From: Cyanophora paradoxa CCMP329
Lineage: Eukaryota; Plantae; Glaucophyta
DNA: 64,000 nt
Assembly: GCA_004431415.1 (NCBI GenBank)
Contig: QPMI01000256.1
Span: 1-64,000, forward strand
Direction: 5' to 3'
A program made the position numbers and the translations under genes. Every line of letters starts with the position of its first letter. The stretch's first letter is position 1. Shown piece after piece: positions 48,930 to 61,486 of the stretch. The notes under the pieces are model-generated. The model ran no database searches. It saw only the letters and a list, made by a program, of their open reading frames with translations, and was not told the origin of the DNA.

Positions 48930-51900
48930 CTACCGGCGCTTCTTGAGCTCGCGGCCCTTCGAGCTTGCATGGCCGGCCTCCGCCTCGGGCGCCGGGGCGC
49001 CGGCCAGCTGCACGCCCTCCGGCGCCTCCATGCCCCCGACGACCTGCGGGGCCGCCGTTGGCCGTCGAGCGTGGCGCCGGGGCGGCGGGCGGGGCGGGGC
49101 GGGAGGGGCACGATGAGGATGGAAACGAAGGCGGGGATGTAGGGGACGCAGTAGAGGCGGGCGAAGCAGTGCGAGAGCGCGAAGACGGAGAAGGCCCGCG
49201 TCTGCAGCGCCCGCAGCGCCCCCTCGCCGAACGCCGCCAGCCGCGGCCGCCCCGGGCCCCCGCCCGAGGCGAGGCTGCAGGCGTGGAGGGCGCAGACGGC
49301 GGCCGCCATGGAGGTCGGGTCGGCCTGGAAGATCCAGTGGCCGTGGGCGAGGCGGAGGGTCCAGGCGGCCCCCGCGGGGGCGACGGCGGCGAGCGCGAGC
49401 AGCTGCAGCAGCAGCAGCGCGGAGAGGGCGCCGTAGCCGGCCTCCCGGTCCCGCTCCTCCTGCGAGCCCGGCGGGCAGCGGCGGGCGGCGAGGCGGGCGA
49501 GGGTGGGGAGGAGGCAGAGGAGGGCCGAGGCGGCGAGGGCGTAGGCGGGGTGAGCCGCGCACGCCAGCGCCACGAAGAACGCGTACGACGCCCGCCGCAC
49601 CAGCGACGGCCCCGCCTCCCCGGCGGCGCCCGGCGGGGAGGGCGGCGGGGGCGGGGCGGAGGGGAGGAGGAGGGCGGAGAGGGCGAGGGGGGCGGCGATG
49701 AGGCGGCGGAGGAGGAGGGCGAGGCCGAGGGCGAGGAGGTGGAGGGCCGGCAGCAGCAGCCGCACGTGCGGGAAGGGCGCCCCCTGCGGCGCAGTGAGAG
49801 GCGGGAGGGCAGGGGAGGGCGGGGCGGGTGGCGGACGGCGCGGGCGGCGTCGTCCTCGAACCAGCCGGGGAGGAGGGTGCCGAGGAGGAAGAGGGCGGCG
49901 CACTGCAGCGGCGCGTCCTCCAGCATCGCCGCCTCCAGGTGCGGCGCCTCCCCTGCCCCGCCCCGCCCCGCCCCACCCCCGTCACCCCACGCCCCGCCAC
50001 CGCAGGCGCGCGGGGGCCGGGGGGCACCCTTCGTGCGCCACGCGTTGAGGAGGCGGACGAGCGCCATGGCGACGGCGGCGGCGGCGGTGGGGAGGAGGGC
50101 GGGGCCGAACCAGCGGAGGAGCTGGGCGGCGGCGCCGGGGAGGTGGAGGGAGAGGGTGACCTCGTAGGGGTGGAGGGGGTCGGAAAGGATGAAGAGGGGC
50201 ACGTCGGCGCGGGGCGGCTCGCCGGCCGGCGGCGCCTCGTGCAGCCGCATCTCGAACGACGTCGCGTTAGCCACGAACACCTGCCCGCCCCCGCCTCGGG
50301 CCCCGACCAAGCGCCGCCCCCCGCGCCCCGCCCCCCGCGCCGCCGCACCTCCTCAGCGATGCCCGCGGGGGGGTACGCGTAGTACGCGAGGGGGTGGAAG
50401 AGGGGCTCGCCCTCGCCTGCGGGGCGCGTGAGCAGAAGCGGGGCGCGCCAATGCGAGCCTCCGGGCACGGGCCTTTGGGGGTGAGCCAGACGCTCGGGGG
50501 GAAGTGGACCGAGCCGCCGCCGAGGACGGTGATGTTCATGAGCGCCGGCCGGCCTGCGCCGGGAGCCGCGCTCCGAGGCTCGGCCCCGGCGCGCCGCGCA
50601 GGCAGGGCGAGGCGGGGAGGGACACACGGGGCGGGAGGGCGGCGCGGTGCGGGGGCAGCGCGGCGGGGGCCTCCGCGCGGGAGTCGAGGGCGCGGAAGAA
50701 CTGCGCCACGAGGAGCGTGCGGGCGCCCCGGGGCCGGCGAGCGCCGCCGGCAGCGACACGAGCAGCCGGTCGTGCCCTGCGCGCTGCTCGCCGGGGTGCG
50801 GGGCGGGGACGCGGGGGCGGGGCGGGCACGGTGCCAGAGGGAAGCGGGGAGGAGGAGGACGCTGGTGGGGAAGGGCGGTACGGAGGCGGCGTCGGGCGCT
50901 TCGGGCCCCTGGAAGGCCGGGCGCAGGCCCGGCGCCCCGAAGGCCAGCGGCGAGACGTCCACGGGGCCGGCCTGGGGGAGCCGCGGAGAGCCCCTCAGTG
51001 GCAGCGCGGCGTGCAGAGAGCCGGGGCGTGGCGCACGGGGCCGCGCGGCGCGCCCTTCTTCTTCGCCTTGGGGGCGCTGCGGGGGGCCTCGGGCCCCTCG
51101 GGCGAGCCGCCCTCGAACTCCTCCTCGTCGGCGCGCCGCCGCGCCGCCTCCGCAGCGTCGACCTCCTCCCCGCCGGCGCCCCGCTCCCGGCCCTCCTTGC
51201 CCGACCCGCCGCAGAGGAAGACGGAGGGGCCCTCGCCATCCCCGAGCGGCCGGTCCGAGATCAGCACGAACGTGTCCGCCGAGCGCCGCCTGCACCGCCC
51301 CCGTCCCCGCCCAATCGACCGGCGGCACAGCCGCAAAGCGTGCGGGCGCGGGGCGCGGGGCGCACAGCCTGTCGGTGATGGTCCAGGCGTAGGCGGCGCG
51401 GCCCGGCTGCACGGTCCGCAGCATCGGCTCGCTCTGCTCCGCCGCGCCCGCCCTCCCGCACTCCGCCTCCGCCTGTTCAACAGGAGAACGGGCCCGGGAT
51501 CAGGGGGGAAGGGTGGGGGGAGGGGGACGCACGGCGGCAGAGCGGCGGGCGCGGGCGGTGGGCGGCTCGCGGCGGGCGGAGGAGAGCTCGTCGGCGTCCT
51601 GCGCGCCCCGCAGCCCGAGCAGCGCCGCCGTGCGCCTGCGTGGAGCCTCAGCGCCGCGCCGTGCGGCAGGAAAGGGCAGGGGCGCGGGTGGCGGGCCCCG
51701 TGAGGCGCTCGCGGAAGGCGCGGAGGCGGTCGGCGGGGCCGGCGTCGGGGCGGGCCGCCAGCGCGTGCAGCACCTCGTCCAGCGCCCGCACCACCTGCCC
51801 TGCCTGAGCCGGCCGCCCGGCACCCGGGGCGGGGGCGGGGGCCGGGCCGGGTGGAGCACCTGCTCGCACCAGACGATGGCGAGGTGGTCGGGGGAGGCCC

Positions 51901-53234
51901 AGGCCCCCTCGAGGGCCGTGGTGGAGAGCGCGAGGGAGCGCGACGGGTGCACCAGGCCGGCGACGCCGCACAGGTCGCTCCGCACGAGCGCGTCCCGCTG
52001 GCCCCCCGCGATCGACACCAGCACCAGCTCCGCCAGGTCTGCGCCCCGTCGCCCGCCCCGCTCGGCGCGGCGCGGCGCGGCGGGCCGAGGCGGGAGGCAG
52101 AGAAGGAGCTCACGGGGCTCGCGAGCGGGCGCGAGGGGGGCCTCGGGGCCCGCCTCCGGGTCCGGCTCGGCGGGAGCGGGGGCCGGGGCGACGCGCTTGC
52201 GCCAGAAGCCGTTGACGGCCTCGTAGAAGCGCGCGACCGACATGTCCGACGCCAGCGGCGCCGCCCTGCCCGGCGCCGCCGCGTCGGCCCCGGCGCCAGG
52301 GGGGCGAGCGGCAGGGCTTTGCCCGGGGGTACCGGTGCGGCGTGGCGAGGGTGACAATGGTGCGAATGGAGCCCGGGGCGTGGTTCGGGAGCGTCACGGC
52401 GGCCCGCGCCGCCATGCCGCCCATAGAGTGGCCCACCACCACCACCGACTCCGGGGCCGTCTCCGGCTGCGCGGGGGGACGGCAGGCGCACGCGCGCGTG
52501 TTCGGCGCTGTCCGCTGCCGCGGGGCGCGCGGGGGCATACGTTGCGCGCCCTGTAGAGGGCGAGAATCGTGTGGATGCAGTCGTTGACGAAGTAGGACTG
52601 TCGGGGAGGTCAGCGGCGGCGCTGGGGCGAGGCGGGGAGAAGGCGGGGTGCGGGGGTTAAGCGCCTGGTCCCAGAGGACCTCGCCGTGGAAGGCGGAGAG
52701 CTCCTCGCCGAAGTCGATCGAGAAGTAGTCGAAGGCCGGCGCGCCCCGCCCGTCCGCCCCCTCCCCCCGCGACACCGCGTGTTCCCGCGACGCCAGGCTC
52801 CGCACCTGCCGCCCCCCGCCCGATCGCCCGTGCAATAGAGGAGCGCGAGGGCCTTCCACCTGTCGGTAGCTGCCGGCGTTGCCGGGGACGAAGAGGACGG
52901 GTGCGCCGGAGACGTCGGTCACGTCCACGGTCTGCGGGCTCGAGCTCGGCCGACGCGCGGGGAGGGGGACGCGCGCTGGAGCGTGTCGACGCACGTTCGC
53001 GTCCATTGTGGAGCCGTCGCGGTAGAGGTACAGCCCGTATCCAGCCGTCGCGCGGCGCTTTGCGCCCTCCGGAAGCGGCGCGGGCTCCACAGGCACCGGG
53101 AAGTAACCCGGCCACATGTACGACATGCCGCAGTAGTTGTGACCCGTCGCGACATGCGCCTGATACACCGCGAAGCCGACGCAGGCGGCGGCCGTGAGCC
53201 CGAGCATCACCGCCAGCGCCGCCCGCAGCGCCAT
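48930..53234 (-). CDS. PGAP1: GPI inositol-deacylase PGAP1/Bst1 (multi-exon)
   Basis: N-terminal TM, NYCGMSYMWPGY, YGLYLYRDG, PVLFVPGNAGSYRQVRS, DYFSIDFGEELSAFHG, VVVGHSMGG (lipase GxSxG), TLATPH, SIAGGQRD, DHLAIVWCEQ, then C-terminal TM helices. Confidence 0.93.
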
Positions 53235-53390
53235 CGCGAACCCTCGTCCGCTGGAAGTGCTAGCGCACAGATATATGGCGGAGTCGGCGTTTACCTCGGT
53301 GAAGTCGGCGGGTTCAAGTCGGCTTGAAGTCGCTCGCTCGGGGGTACAGAAGCGTTGAGCAAAGCCAATTCCGCCGCAGGCCCTCCAACG

Positions 53391-54162
53391 ATGACCCAGC
53401 AGGGAGCCACGCTTCAGAACTACAAGTGAGTGCTCTGGTTGTTTCGTGTCCGCACGCGACCTCCCGCGGTGGCCTCGGGCTTTTGAACTGCGGCACCGGC
53501 TAGGCACCCGAGAAGCGCCTGACGCTCGCCCTCGCCCGCTCGCGCAGCAATGAGCTCGTAAAGTGCATTGAAGAGCTCAAGGAGAGGAGGGAAGAGGTTA
53601 ACCGGCAGATTGCGAAGGAGGAGGAGGTGCGCCGCGGGGCTCTCGGAATACCCTAGCTTTGCATGCTTCGGAGCTAGTAACGCACTCTCAAGCTTATTGT
53701 TGAGCGCTCTGGGACCTGGGAGCCGCCGCTGACTTTGCCGCCGCAGGAGAAGGCGAAGATCCAGAAAGACATGCAGGTGTGCATCGCCGCCACGCCTGGC
53801 ATTGTCGGGCATATCCTCACTGTACTAATCCCTTTCCACAGATCCTGCAGGAGCGGCTCACGCGGATAAACGATAGGTCCGCCGTGCCTTGTTCCACGCT
53901 GTGCCCTACGCTTCCGGTGGCCGCCGCTAACGCTCGCCGATACTCCAGTTTGCAGCGAAAGTATGCCAGCCGCAACGAGTACGACAAGACCGTGATGGAG
54001 ACAGAGGTCCGTATCGCCCGCATCCAACTGCAAGCGAGGCTAACCGTTCTTCCTCTCCACCAGGCGGCATACATTAAAATCTTGGAGAGCTCTCAAACAC
54101 TACTACACGTGCTCAAGCGGGAGTCGGCAACGCTTACGAAGAAGAAGCAGTCCTCTTCGTAG
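53391..54162 (+). CDS. SSNA1: SSNA1/NA14/DIP13 basal-body and flagellar coiled-coil protein, 6 exons
   Basis: Spliced [100 protein letters not shown]...*. Confidence 0.96.
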
Positions 54163-54771
54163 CTTTATTTCTCTTAGCTTTAGGTAGGACTTGTTGTAAA
54201 TCCAAACATGCGCTGCAGTGGTGCGAAGTCTTGCTCTCTCAACTTTCTTTCTCTCGGTTTCCTTCCCCGCAGTCCCCACGTGGAAGTCCCCCCCGGCCCC
54301 ACTGCCGGAGCTCACGAGCGCGGCCGAATGCTGTGCGGCCCGAACCAGGCGCAGAGGGTGCTCGAGAAAATTTTTTGTTTCACTCCATCGGCTACAGCTC
54401 TCAAAACAGAACCTCCGGATCCTATCTAGTCTGTCGGCGGAGAAGGAGGCGTCGGATCGGGAAGGGGGATAGCGCCTTAGCACTAGTGGAAGCCTAGATC
54501 GACGGTGTCGCTGTTAATGTAAGATGCTAACTAAAGGAAGAGAGTGACGGGCAACCGCGCGGGGACCGCCGGCAGTGGCTGTGCTGCGGCGCTCGGGGAC
54601 CCGGGACGACGGTGCCAAGGCGCCTCGTCAGCGGCGATCGCGTTGAGAGACGTTGATGGATGTTGAGAGCGAACGCTTGAACGAAAGATGGCTGCGTACG
54701 CGAGGACACTGATCCGGGAAGGATCGAACGAAAGCCGCGTGTGGAACCAAGAAGCAGAAAGGACGACCAAG

Positions 54772-55266
54772 CTATCGCTTGATGATGCTCTTCAGCTGCT
54801 TCTTGCTCATCTTCTTGATCTTCTCCGTCTTCGATATCTGCGCCGCGGCCGAACCCTGAGCTGCAGCCTGCGATCGAGCAAGGACCGCCTGACCTTCTGT
54901 ACGACGGCGCTCTTCATCTCGTTCTCCTCCCTCATCTTCCTACGCTCCTCCGCTCGCTTCCGCTGCAACTCTTTCAGAGCGCGCTTCTCGTCCCGCAGCG
55001 TCTTCTCCTTCTTCTTGAGCAGCGTCCGCTCAAGGCGCGCCTTCTCCTTATCCTCCCATGTGGACTTCAGCTGCTTCACGGCGACCCTGGAGCTCGATCT
55101 GCAACGGCGGAGTCAGCGCGAGGCAGCACTTGCGCTGGTGATCGTCTTGCCTTTGCGCCTTCTGCTTCCAGGCTCGTCCGGATGCGGGACGCCCATCCTT
55201 CACTGCAGGCTTGCTCGCCGGCGCCTCCGCTGAGATCGCCGCTGCTGCGCTCGCCGACTCCGGCAT
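54772..55266 (-). CDS. CCDC86: Cgr1/CCDC86 family nucleolar rRNA-processing protein, 3 exons
   Basis: GRPASGRAWK...STWEDK...ERRKMREENEMKSAVVQK|ISKTEKIKKMSKKQLKSIIKR*. Confidence 0.88.
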
Positions 55267-55465
55267 CGAGGGGGGGGGAATGATCGAGGCTGGGCCGAAG
55301 ACAAACTCGGTTAGCTAGCGGCATCCCCAAGCCAACTGCGCCTTTGCGCGACGCACAGTGAGCTCACTCGAGCAATGCTGCTGCTGTCACCTGGCTCTAT
55401 GCAGCCGCCTGAGCACTAGCCGGACATTTGTGCCGGCCCGGCAGGTGCGCCAACAGTAGCTACAG

Positions 55466-58426
55466 ATGTTCGCCGACAGCTGGGGCGTGCTCGCTGGTGG
55501 ACCCGGACCAGGAAGCCGGTCAAGCAGTCGGAGCGCGCTCCATGTGGACGCATGGGCTGGCCGCAGCCCAGGCGACGTCCTTGCGAGGCGGAACATAACC
55601 ACCTCGAGCTCTCTGCCTGTGCTGTCGGCGAGTCTATTTGCACCGCCTCGCACAGGTGCAGGCTCTGCTCCGAGCAACCAGCGTTGCTGGGCCTGACGCG
55701 GGGCAGGCCCGACCCCCAACGACGTGAGAGGTCCAGCTTGGTCGAGGCAGGAGCAGCGCAAGCCGAATTCGAAGGCGCTGCAGCTTGCGCGGCCCGCGAC
55801 CTCGGATGCGATCCTCAGACAGGAAAGGCGCTGCCCGGCCGAGGTCCTGCAGAAGATCTTGGTGGGTCGCCGCCGCGTCGCGCCTCCGCCCTGGCTGAGC
55901 GCTCGTAGCCCGCCCAGCACGCCGCCGTCTCTGCGAAAGAGACCGTCTGGAATACCTGCGAGCTCCTGCGGCGGGCCAAGTGCGAGCGCCGCGCCGCGCC
56001 GCCGCGCCGCGGGGCGCCGAGGCAGCGGGCTGCAGTTGCTTCCCGCACACGCGGGACGCGTCGTGGCTGATGCGGGAGCGGGGGCGGCGGGGGACGACGC
56101 TGGGCGACCTGGAGGCGCTGGTGCCGCCGAGCAAGCAGAAGAAGAAGGCGAAGCCGAGGGCCGAGGAGAACCCTGTCCTCCGCAAGGCCCGCAACCTCCG
56201 CGTCGAGTTCGACCAGGCGCGCCTCCGCACCCCCCGCCTCCAGCCCCCTTCCCCTCCCCCCGCTCCACCCCTCCCCCCCCGCCCCTCCCCTCACCTTCGC
56301 GCTGACGGCGTGGCGCAGATATTCAGGTCAGTCGCCGGAGACGTTCAGGCGAATGCGCAGCGCCGGGGCGTTGAGGAGGGGGGGGGCGGGGGCGCAGCGA
56401 GGACCTGGTGGAGCGGGAGCTGGCCATCCTGAAGATCACGGAGTACACGAGGGACCAGGTCGTCGAGCTGTGCGCGCCCCTCCTGCCCCCCCGGCCCCGA
56501 GCCCCGCCCCGCCAGCAGAGCGGGGCGCCCCTAACCGCGACCCCCCGCCCCGGCAGCCGCGAGATGATCTGGAGGGGATTCCCCGGTGCGGGGTACCCTC
56601 CCCCCGCCCGGGGCCTCTTCCGAGGGACCGGGGTCGGTGGCAGAGCTGCGGGGCATCTTCTTCACGTACGCGCGGCTGGAGCTCTCCGTATCGCAGGCGA
56701 AGATGCTCTCCGACGCCCCCAACATCGCCGTCCGCCGACCCCGCCCCGCCCCCGCCCTGCCCGCACCCCGCGGGCGCTCACCGGCGCCCCGCGCAGGGCC
56801 CGAACGACATGGAAACGATCAGCAAGCTCGAGTTCTTCCGCTTCTGCAAGGCTCGCCCGCCCGGCCCCCCCATTCCGCAGCTCGGGGCTGAACGGGGGCG
56901 AGCACCGCCTCGTCGCCCCGCAGGACTGCAAGCTCTTCGACAACCGGTTCTTCACGACGAGCATCGCCGAGCTGCTCTTCATGGGTCTGCCATCGTTCCG
57001 TCGCTTCCCACTGCTTCGCCACACCGAATGCCATCGTTCGTTTTCCTCACAGCTGTCAACCGCGCCGATCAGCTCGGCTTCGAAAAGTGCGGGCCCGAGA
57101 AGGAGAGCTCGAGGCCGGGGTTGCGGCTGGGAGCTCAGGGGCCGGTCCGCGCAGGTACCAGCAGGAGCTGGCCCGCGCGGGGGCGAGGCACCCCTCAAAC
57201 GCAGGCGGCGCGGGGCCCGCCGAGCGGCGCGACTCGACGCCGCCCTCCACCTCGGCCCCGGCTGGAGCACCCCGGCGGCCCTCCCGCGGCGACGGCTCAG
57301 CCGCCGACCGCGAGAAGCGCGCCGCCGCCCGCCCTCCGCCGGCGGCTCGCCGGCCCCGCCGCGGCGCCTCTGACGTGCGGGGGCAGGCGCTCGGAGGAGG
57401 CGGACTCGGAGGACGTCTTCACCCTCTCCGAGTTCCTCTCCTCGTCCGCCCCGCCCCGCCCGTGCCTCCTCGCTGCGCCGCCCCGCGAGCCCCGCCCCGC
57501 AGCCTCATCCGCATCTCGTTCCTGAAGTACACGAGCAAGTTCCCGGACCTCGCGATGCGCCTCCGCCACCTTCTGGTCCGCCCCGGGCCCCGCAGCGGCG
57601 CCTCGGCGAGGCCGGCGACGCGGGGCGCCCCTGCGCGCAGAACCACGACGTGCTGCCCAACGCGCGGCAGGAGAACAAGGACTTCTTCCGGCGCATCCTC
57701 ATCGAGCCCGGCGTCTACGAGGCCCGCCCCCCGCCCCGCACCGCCCCCCGCCCGCCCCGCCCCCGCCCCCTTCGCCCCCTCACCCTCGCCCCGCGCAGGT
57801 CGTGCGGAGCTACCGGCGGGTGCTCTTCAAGGCGGGCCCCCCCGCCGCACTGCGCCGCGCTGCGCAGCGCGTCGAGCGGGGCTGCAGGTCTTCCAGAAGT
57901 ACGCCGCGGCCGACGCGACGGACACCCTCCTCCAGGCTCGCACGTCCCTGCCGCCCGCCACCCCCTACCCCACGCCACCCCGCGCGACCCCCGCGCCAGC
58001 CCTGCGCGGGCTGAGGCTCGGGGGCCGGGAGCAGGGCGCCGCCTACAACGAGAAGCTGAACCTCAAGGAGTTCGTCCGGTGCGGCCTCACCCCCACCCCA
58101 GAGCCCCATACTCCTCGCCCTCCCCGGCGCCGGCGAGCGGGCGGGGGCAGGGTCTTCGAGGACGGCGAGTTGATCGGGGCGGGTGGGCTGACGCTGCGGC
58201 AAGTCCGCGACGCCTTCGCCCTCGCCCAGGCCGAGCTCGGCGACGAGGCGCCTGCCCCCCGCCCTCCCCCCGCCCCGCCGCGTCGGCCTCGTTTGAGGGG
58301 CGGGGCGGGCAGGTGGCGGACTTGACGGGGGCGGGGGCGGAGTCGCGGGTGGCGGTGGAGGTGGACGACGACTCCACGCAGATGGACTTCAACGAGTTCA
58401 TCGAGGCGCGCCACGCCCCCGCGCAG

Positions 58427-58459
<33 letters not shown>

Positions 58460-58870
58460 CCCTCTCTCCTCCCCTCACCGCCGCCGCGCAGGGTGTCTGC
58501 CGGTGCGCGGACGCGCGGGCCGGCATGCCTTCAGAGACGGAGGACGGTGCGCGCTCGAGCTCGCGCCGCGCGGGGGCGGTGGCCTCTGAGGCGGGAGCCA
58601 GACGAGGGGAAGATGAAGATGATGGTGGCGGCGGGCATCCGCTCCCTGATGGCGGCCCTGCTGCGCGGCCTGGCCATCCCCGACCCGCACGGCGAGCCGC
58701 CCAGCCCGCGCCGCCTCGCCGCCCTCCCCTTCGCCGCCCGCGCGCCCCTCAAGGGCGTCGCCACGGCGCGGCGCGGGCCCGGGCCGGGCGCCACCTCCCG
58801 CTCGGGAGCCGCGCGGGGCGGGTCCCTCCTCTCCGACGACGACGACGACGATGGAGGGGGCGGCGGCTGA
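55466..58870 (+). CDS. Multi-exon protein with EF-hand-like helical repeats, function unknown (start uncertain)
   Basis: Exons ELRGIFFTYA, ISKLEFFRFCK|DCKL, FTLSEFLS|LIRISFLKY, VFQKYA, LNLKEFVR, LTLRQVRDAF, MDFNEFIE join in frame through GT/GC-AG introns. Confidence 0.7.
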
Positions 58871-59216
58871 CGCGCCCGCCGCTCGCCCACTCGGCGGCAA
58901 GTCGGCGCTCGATCTTAAGCTTATTCTCACACATTGTACATGTGAGTTATTTATCGACCGCAAACCCCCCTCGGGCTCGGCGGCTGTGTATTCTTCAAGT
59001 ATTTGGTTCACGGCAACGTCTCTTTGCGAATGATTTCGGGAGGCCTGACATCAAGGCCTGTCAGTAGATGAGGAGAGGACATGAGGCTGTCCTACGCATG
59101 CATATGCACCGGTACCTAAAAACTAAACTGCGCTACTTGAAGACGGCTAGGTATGCACCAAATAATACACCGAGGCCCGCGACTCGACAGAGATCGATCT
59201 GTGGTCTAAAACTGGC

Positions 59217-60558
59217 CTATGCCTTCGCCTGGCCCTCGGAGGCCTCGGCGGAGGAGGAGGCGGGGGCGGCGGCGGGGGCAGACGTGTCGGCGGCGGGTGC
59301 CGGAGGAGCGTCGGCAGCCGCATCGGGATCCGGAGAGGAGGCGTCGGCGGGGGCGGGGGAAGAGGAGGCGGCGGCAGGCTCCGCGGGGGCGGGCTGGGCC
59401 GGCTCTTGGGCCGGCTGCTGCGCCGGGGCGGGCTCGACGTCGCGCCAGGCGGGGAGGACGGGGCCGGCCGGCTCGGAGCTTTCCTCCGACCCGCTGTCGC
59501 CCATCGTGTCCATGCTCTCGTCCGCGGCCGCGCCCTCCGGCTTGGGCGGGTCGTACTCGTGGAGGGCCCGCCGCCACGCCCGCACCTCCTGGTCCCAGCG
59601 CCGCTTCGGCATCACCCGCGTCTTGTCCGGCGTGTTCGGCGTATTCGGGTCTGTCCGCCGCCGCTTGTTCCTGCGCACGCGCGGCCGCTCAGACACAGCG
59701 GCGACGAGCTCAACGTTGGCGCGCGCACTTCGGGACTGCCTTCACGTAGTTCTGGTAGCCGATGGTGTTCTTGCCCAAGTCGATCTGCTTCTGCCGCTGC
59801 CGGAGGCGCGTCGGGTCCGTCTCCTTCTGCAGCTTGGCGCTGAGCTTCGGCATTGGCACGTTCCCGCCGAATCGCAGAGCACGGCGAACGCGCTTGTCTT
59901 CCTCCGTCTCCTCCTGCGCCGCTGGCGTCGGGGCGACCTCTGCGGTCGACCGGATAAGCGATGTACGTGGCTCAATGAAAACCGATTGCGAATGCGCACC
60001 TGGCTTGGAGGGCGCTTCCGTGGCCGGGGCGGCGGGGACTGGGGCTGGAGCTGGATCAACCTTCTCTTTCTTCGCAGCCGGCTCCATCTTCTGGGCGCTG
60101 TTCTGTGTGCTGGAAGTCGGCAGCTGGGACGGGCTGCGGCCCGTGAGCGCCGAGAAGTACGATCGCTTGGCGGCACTGCGGGTCGGAGTCGTGGCATCCG
60201 GCGCGGGCGCGGTCTTAATGACCACGGAATCGCCGCTCTCGTCGATCTCCTTCAGCTGCACGGTCGAGCTTGAAGCTTGCTTGGTGGCGGTCAACGGGGG
60301 GAAAGAAGTCATGAAGACAGAAGCGCCAGGCGCGTCCTTCGCAATGCCGATCTTCTTGAGCGCAAGGTTCACACCGTCGTTGCTGTGCTCGACGGCCAGG
60401 TCGAAGAGGGAGGAGTGCTTGGGAATTGCGACGCCATCGCGGCTCACGTCGTCGTCGATCATCGGGAAGGCGTTCGCGGACATTGGGAAGCAGTCTTGGC
60501 TGTCATCGTCGTCGACCATGTCCGCCCACTTGCGCGCGGTAAAGCCAGCGGCCGCCAT
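59217..60558 (-). CDS. SLBP: Histone mRNA stem-loop binding protein, 2 exons
   Basis: RNA-binding domain ETDPTRLRQRQKQIDLGKNTIGYQNYVKAVPK|NKRRRTDPNTPNTPDKTRVMPKRRWDQEVRAWRRALHEYDP. Confidence 0.92.
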
Positions 60559-61486
60559 TGCGTTTTTGAAACTGGAAAGGCACGCGAGGTCAGGGGAAGT
60601 CGACAGCGTTCTGGGGGTCTGGCACGAACTCTCACGAACGCCTGCGCCGCTGCCTGGATCGGTCTGAAGTGCTCGCTGCTGGTCCGACGGTCGAGGCGAA
60701 AGCGCGGGACTTTTGAACTTGCTCAACGGGGTACAGGTTGTTCAAAGCAATGTACCCCCCAGTCGATCCGATCAAATTCACAACGCATCCGCGCCGATGC
60801 ACGCGACAGTGCTATTACTGGCATGTACCTGCACAGCAGCGCCAGCGGCAGACGCTCTTCCCCCGTTCGCCGAATCGACCCCGATCTCCGAGCCTGTTCG
60901 TTCCCCGATCTCTCGCCGCTTCGATGCCCGTTGCGTTCTGGAGATGGGCTTCAGCAGATGGCCAACCGACTCGGCGAATGAGCGGTTCATGAGCCCCGCG
61001 CGCCGGCGCCCGTCTGTCGTCCGACCAACTTCAGCGCGCGCGCAACAGCGAGCAGCAGCTGTGCGGCCTGTGCCTCGAGCTTAGCTTAGTTCGCCGCGCG
61101 CGCGGGGCAAAGGCGGCAGGGCGTGCAGATCGAAGCGTGTGAAGGCCTTCCTAGGCCTTCGTCGCCATTATCCTAGGCCTTCCTTGCGGCGGGAATCACT
61201 ACGTCTCGTTTAACGTTTGCACGAAGTACGGAAGGTGGGCTGAAGGTCCCGTGCAACTGACCTGGCCTCGCTCTCGCATGCAAATTTAAGCTTCTGACGG
61301 TGTGGCGGCGGTGGCGTTTGCAGCCAAGGGTTTGAGAACGCGAAAGGGATCGGCCGCCATGTGAGAGAAACGTTAACTTGGCGGGATCACGCTTGGCAAT
61401 TTCACCTGCCCTCTGGCCTGCAGCTGCAGCTGTTGTCCCGAAATTCCCGCGGAAGCGGAGACGGTGACGCGGGCGGGGCTGGCGAC

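Noticed and set aside
5038-58870. Introner elements (recently spread near-identical introns)
   Set aside because: Introns share composition and short motifs, but I saw no extended identity or TSD/TIR structure.
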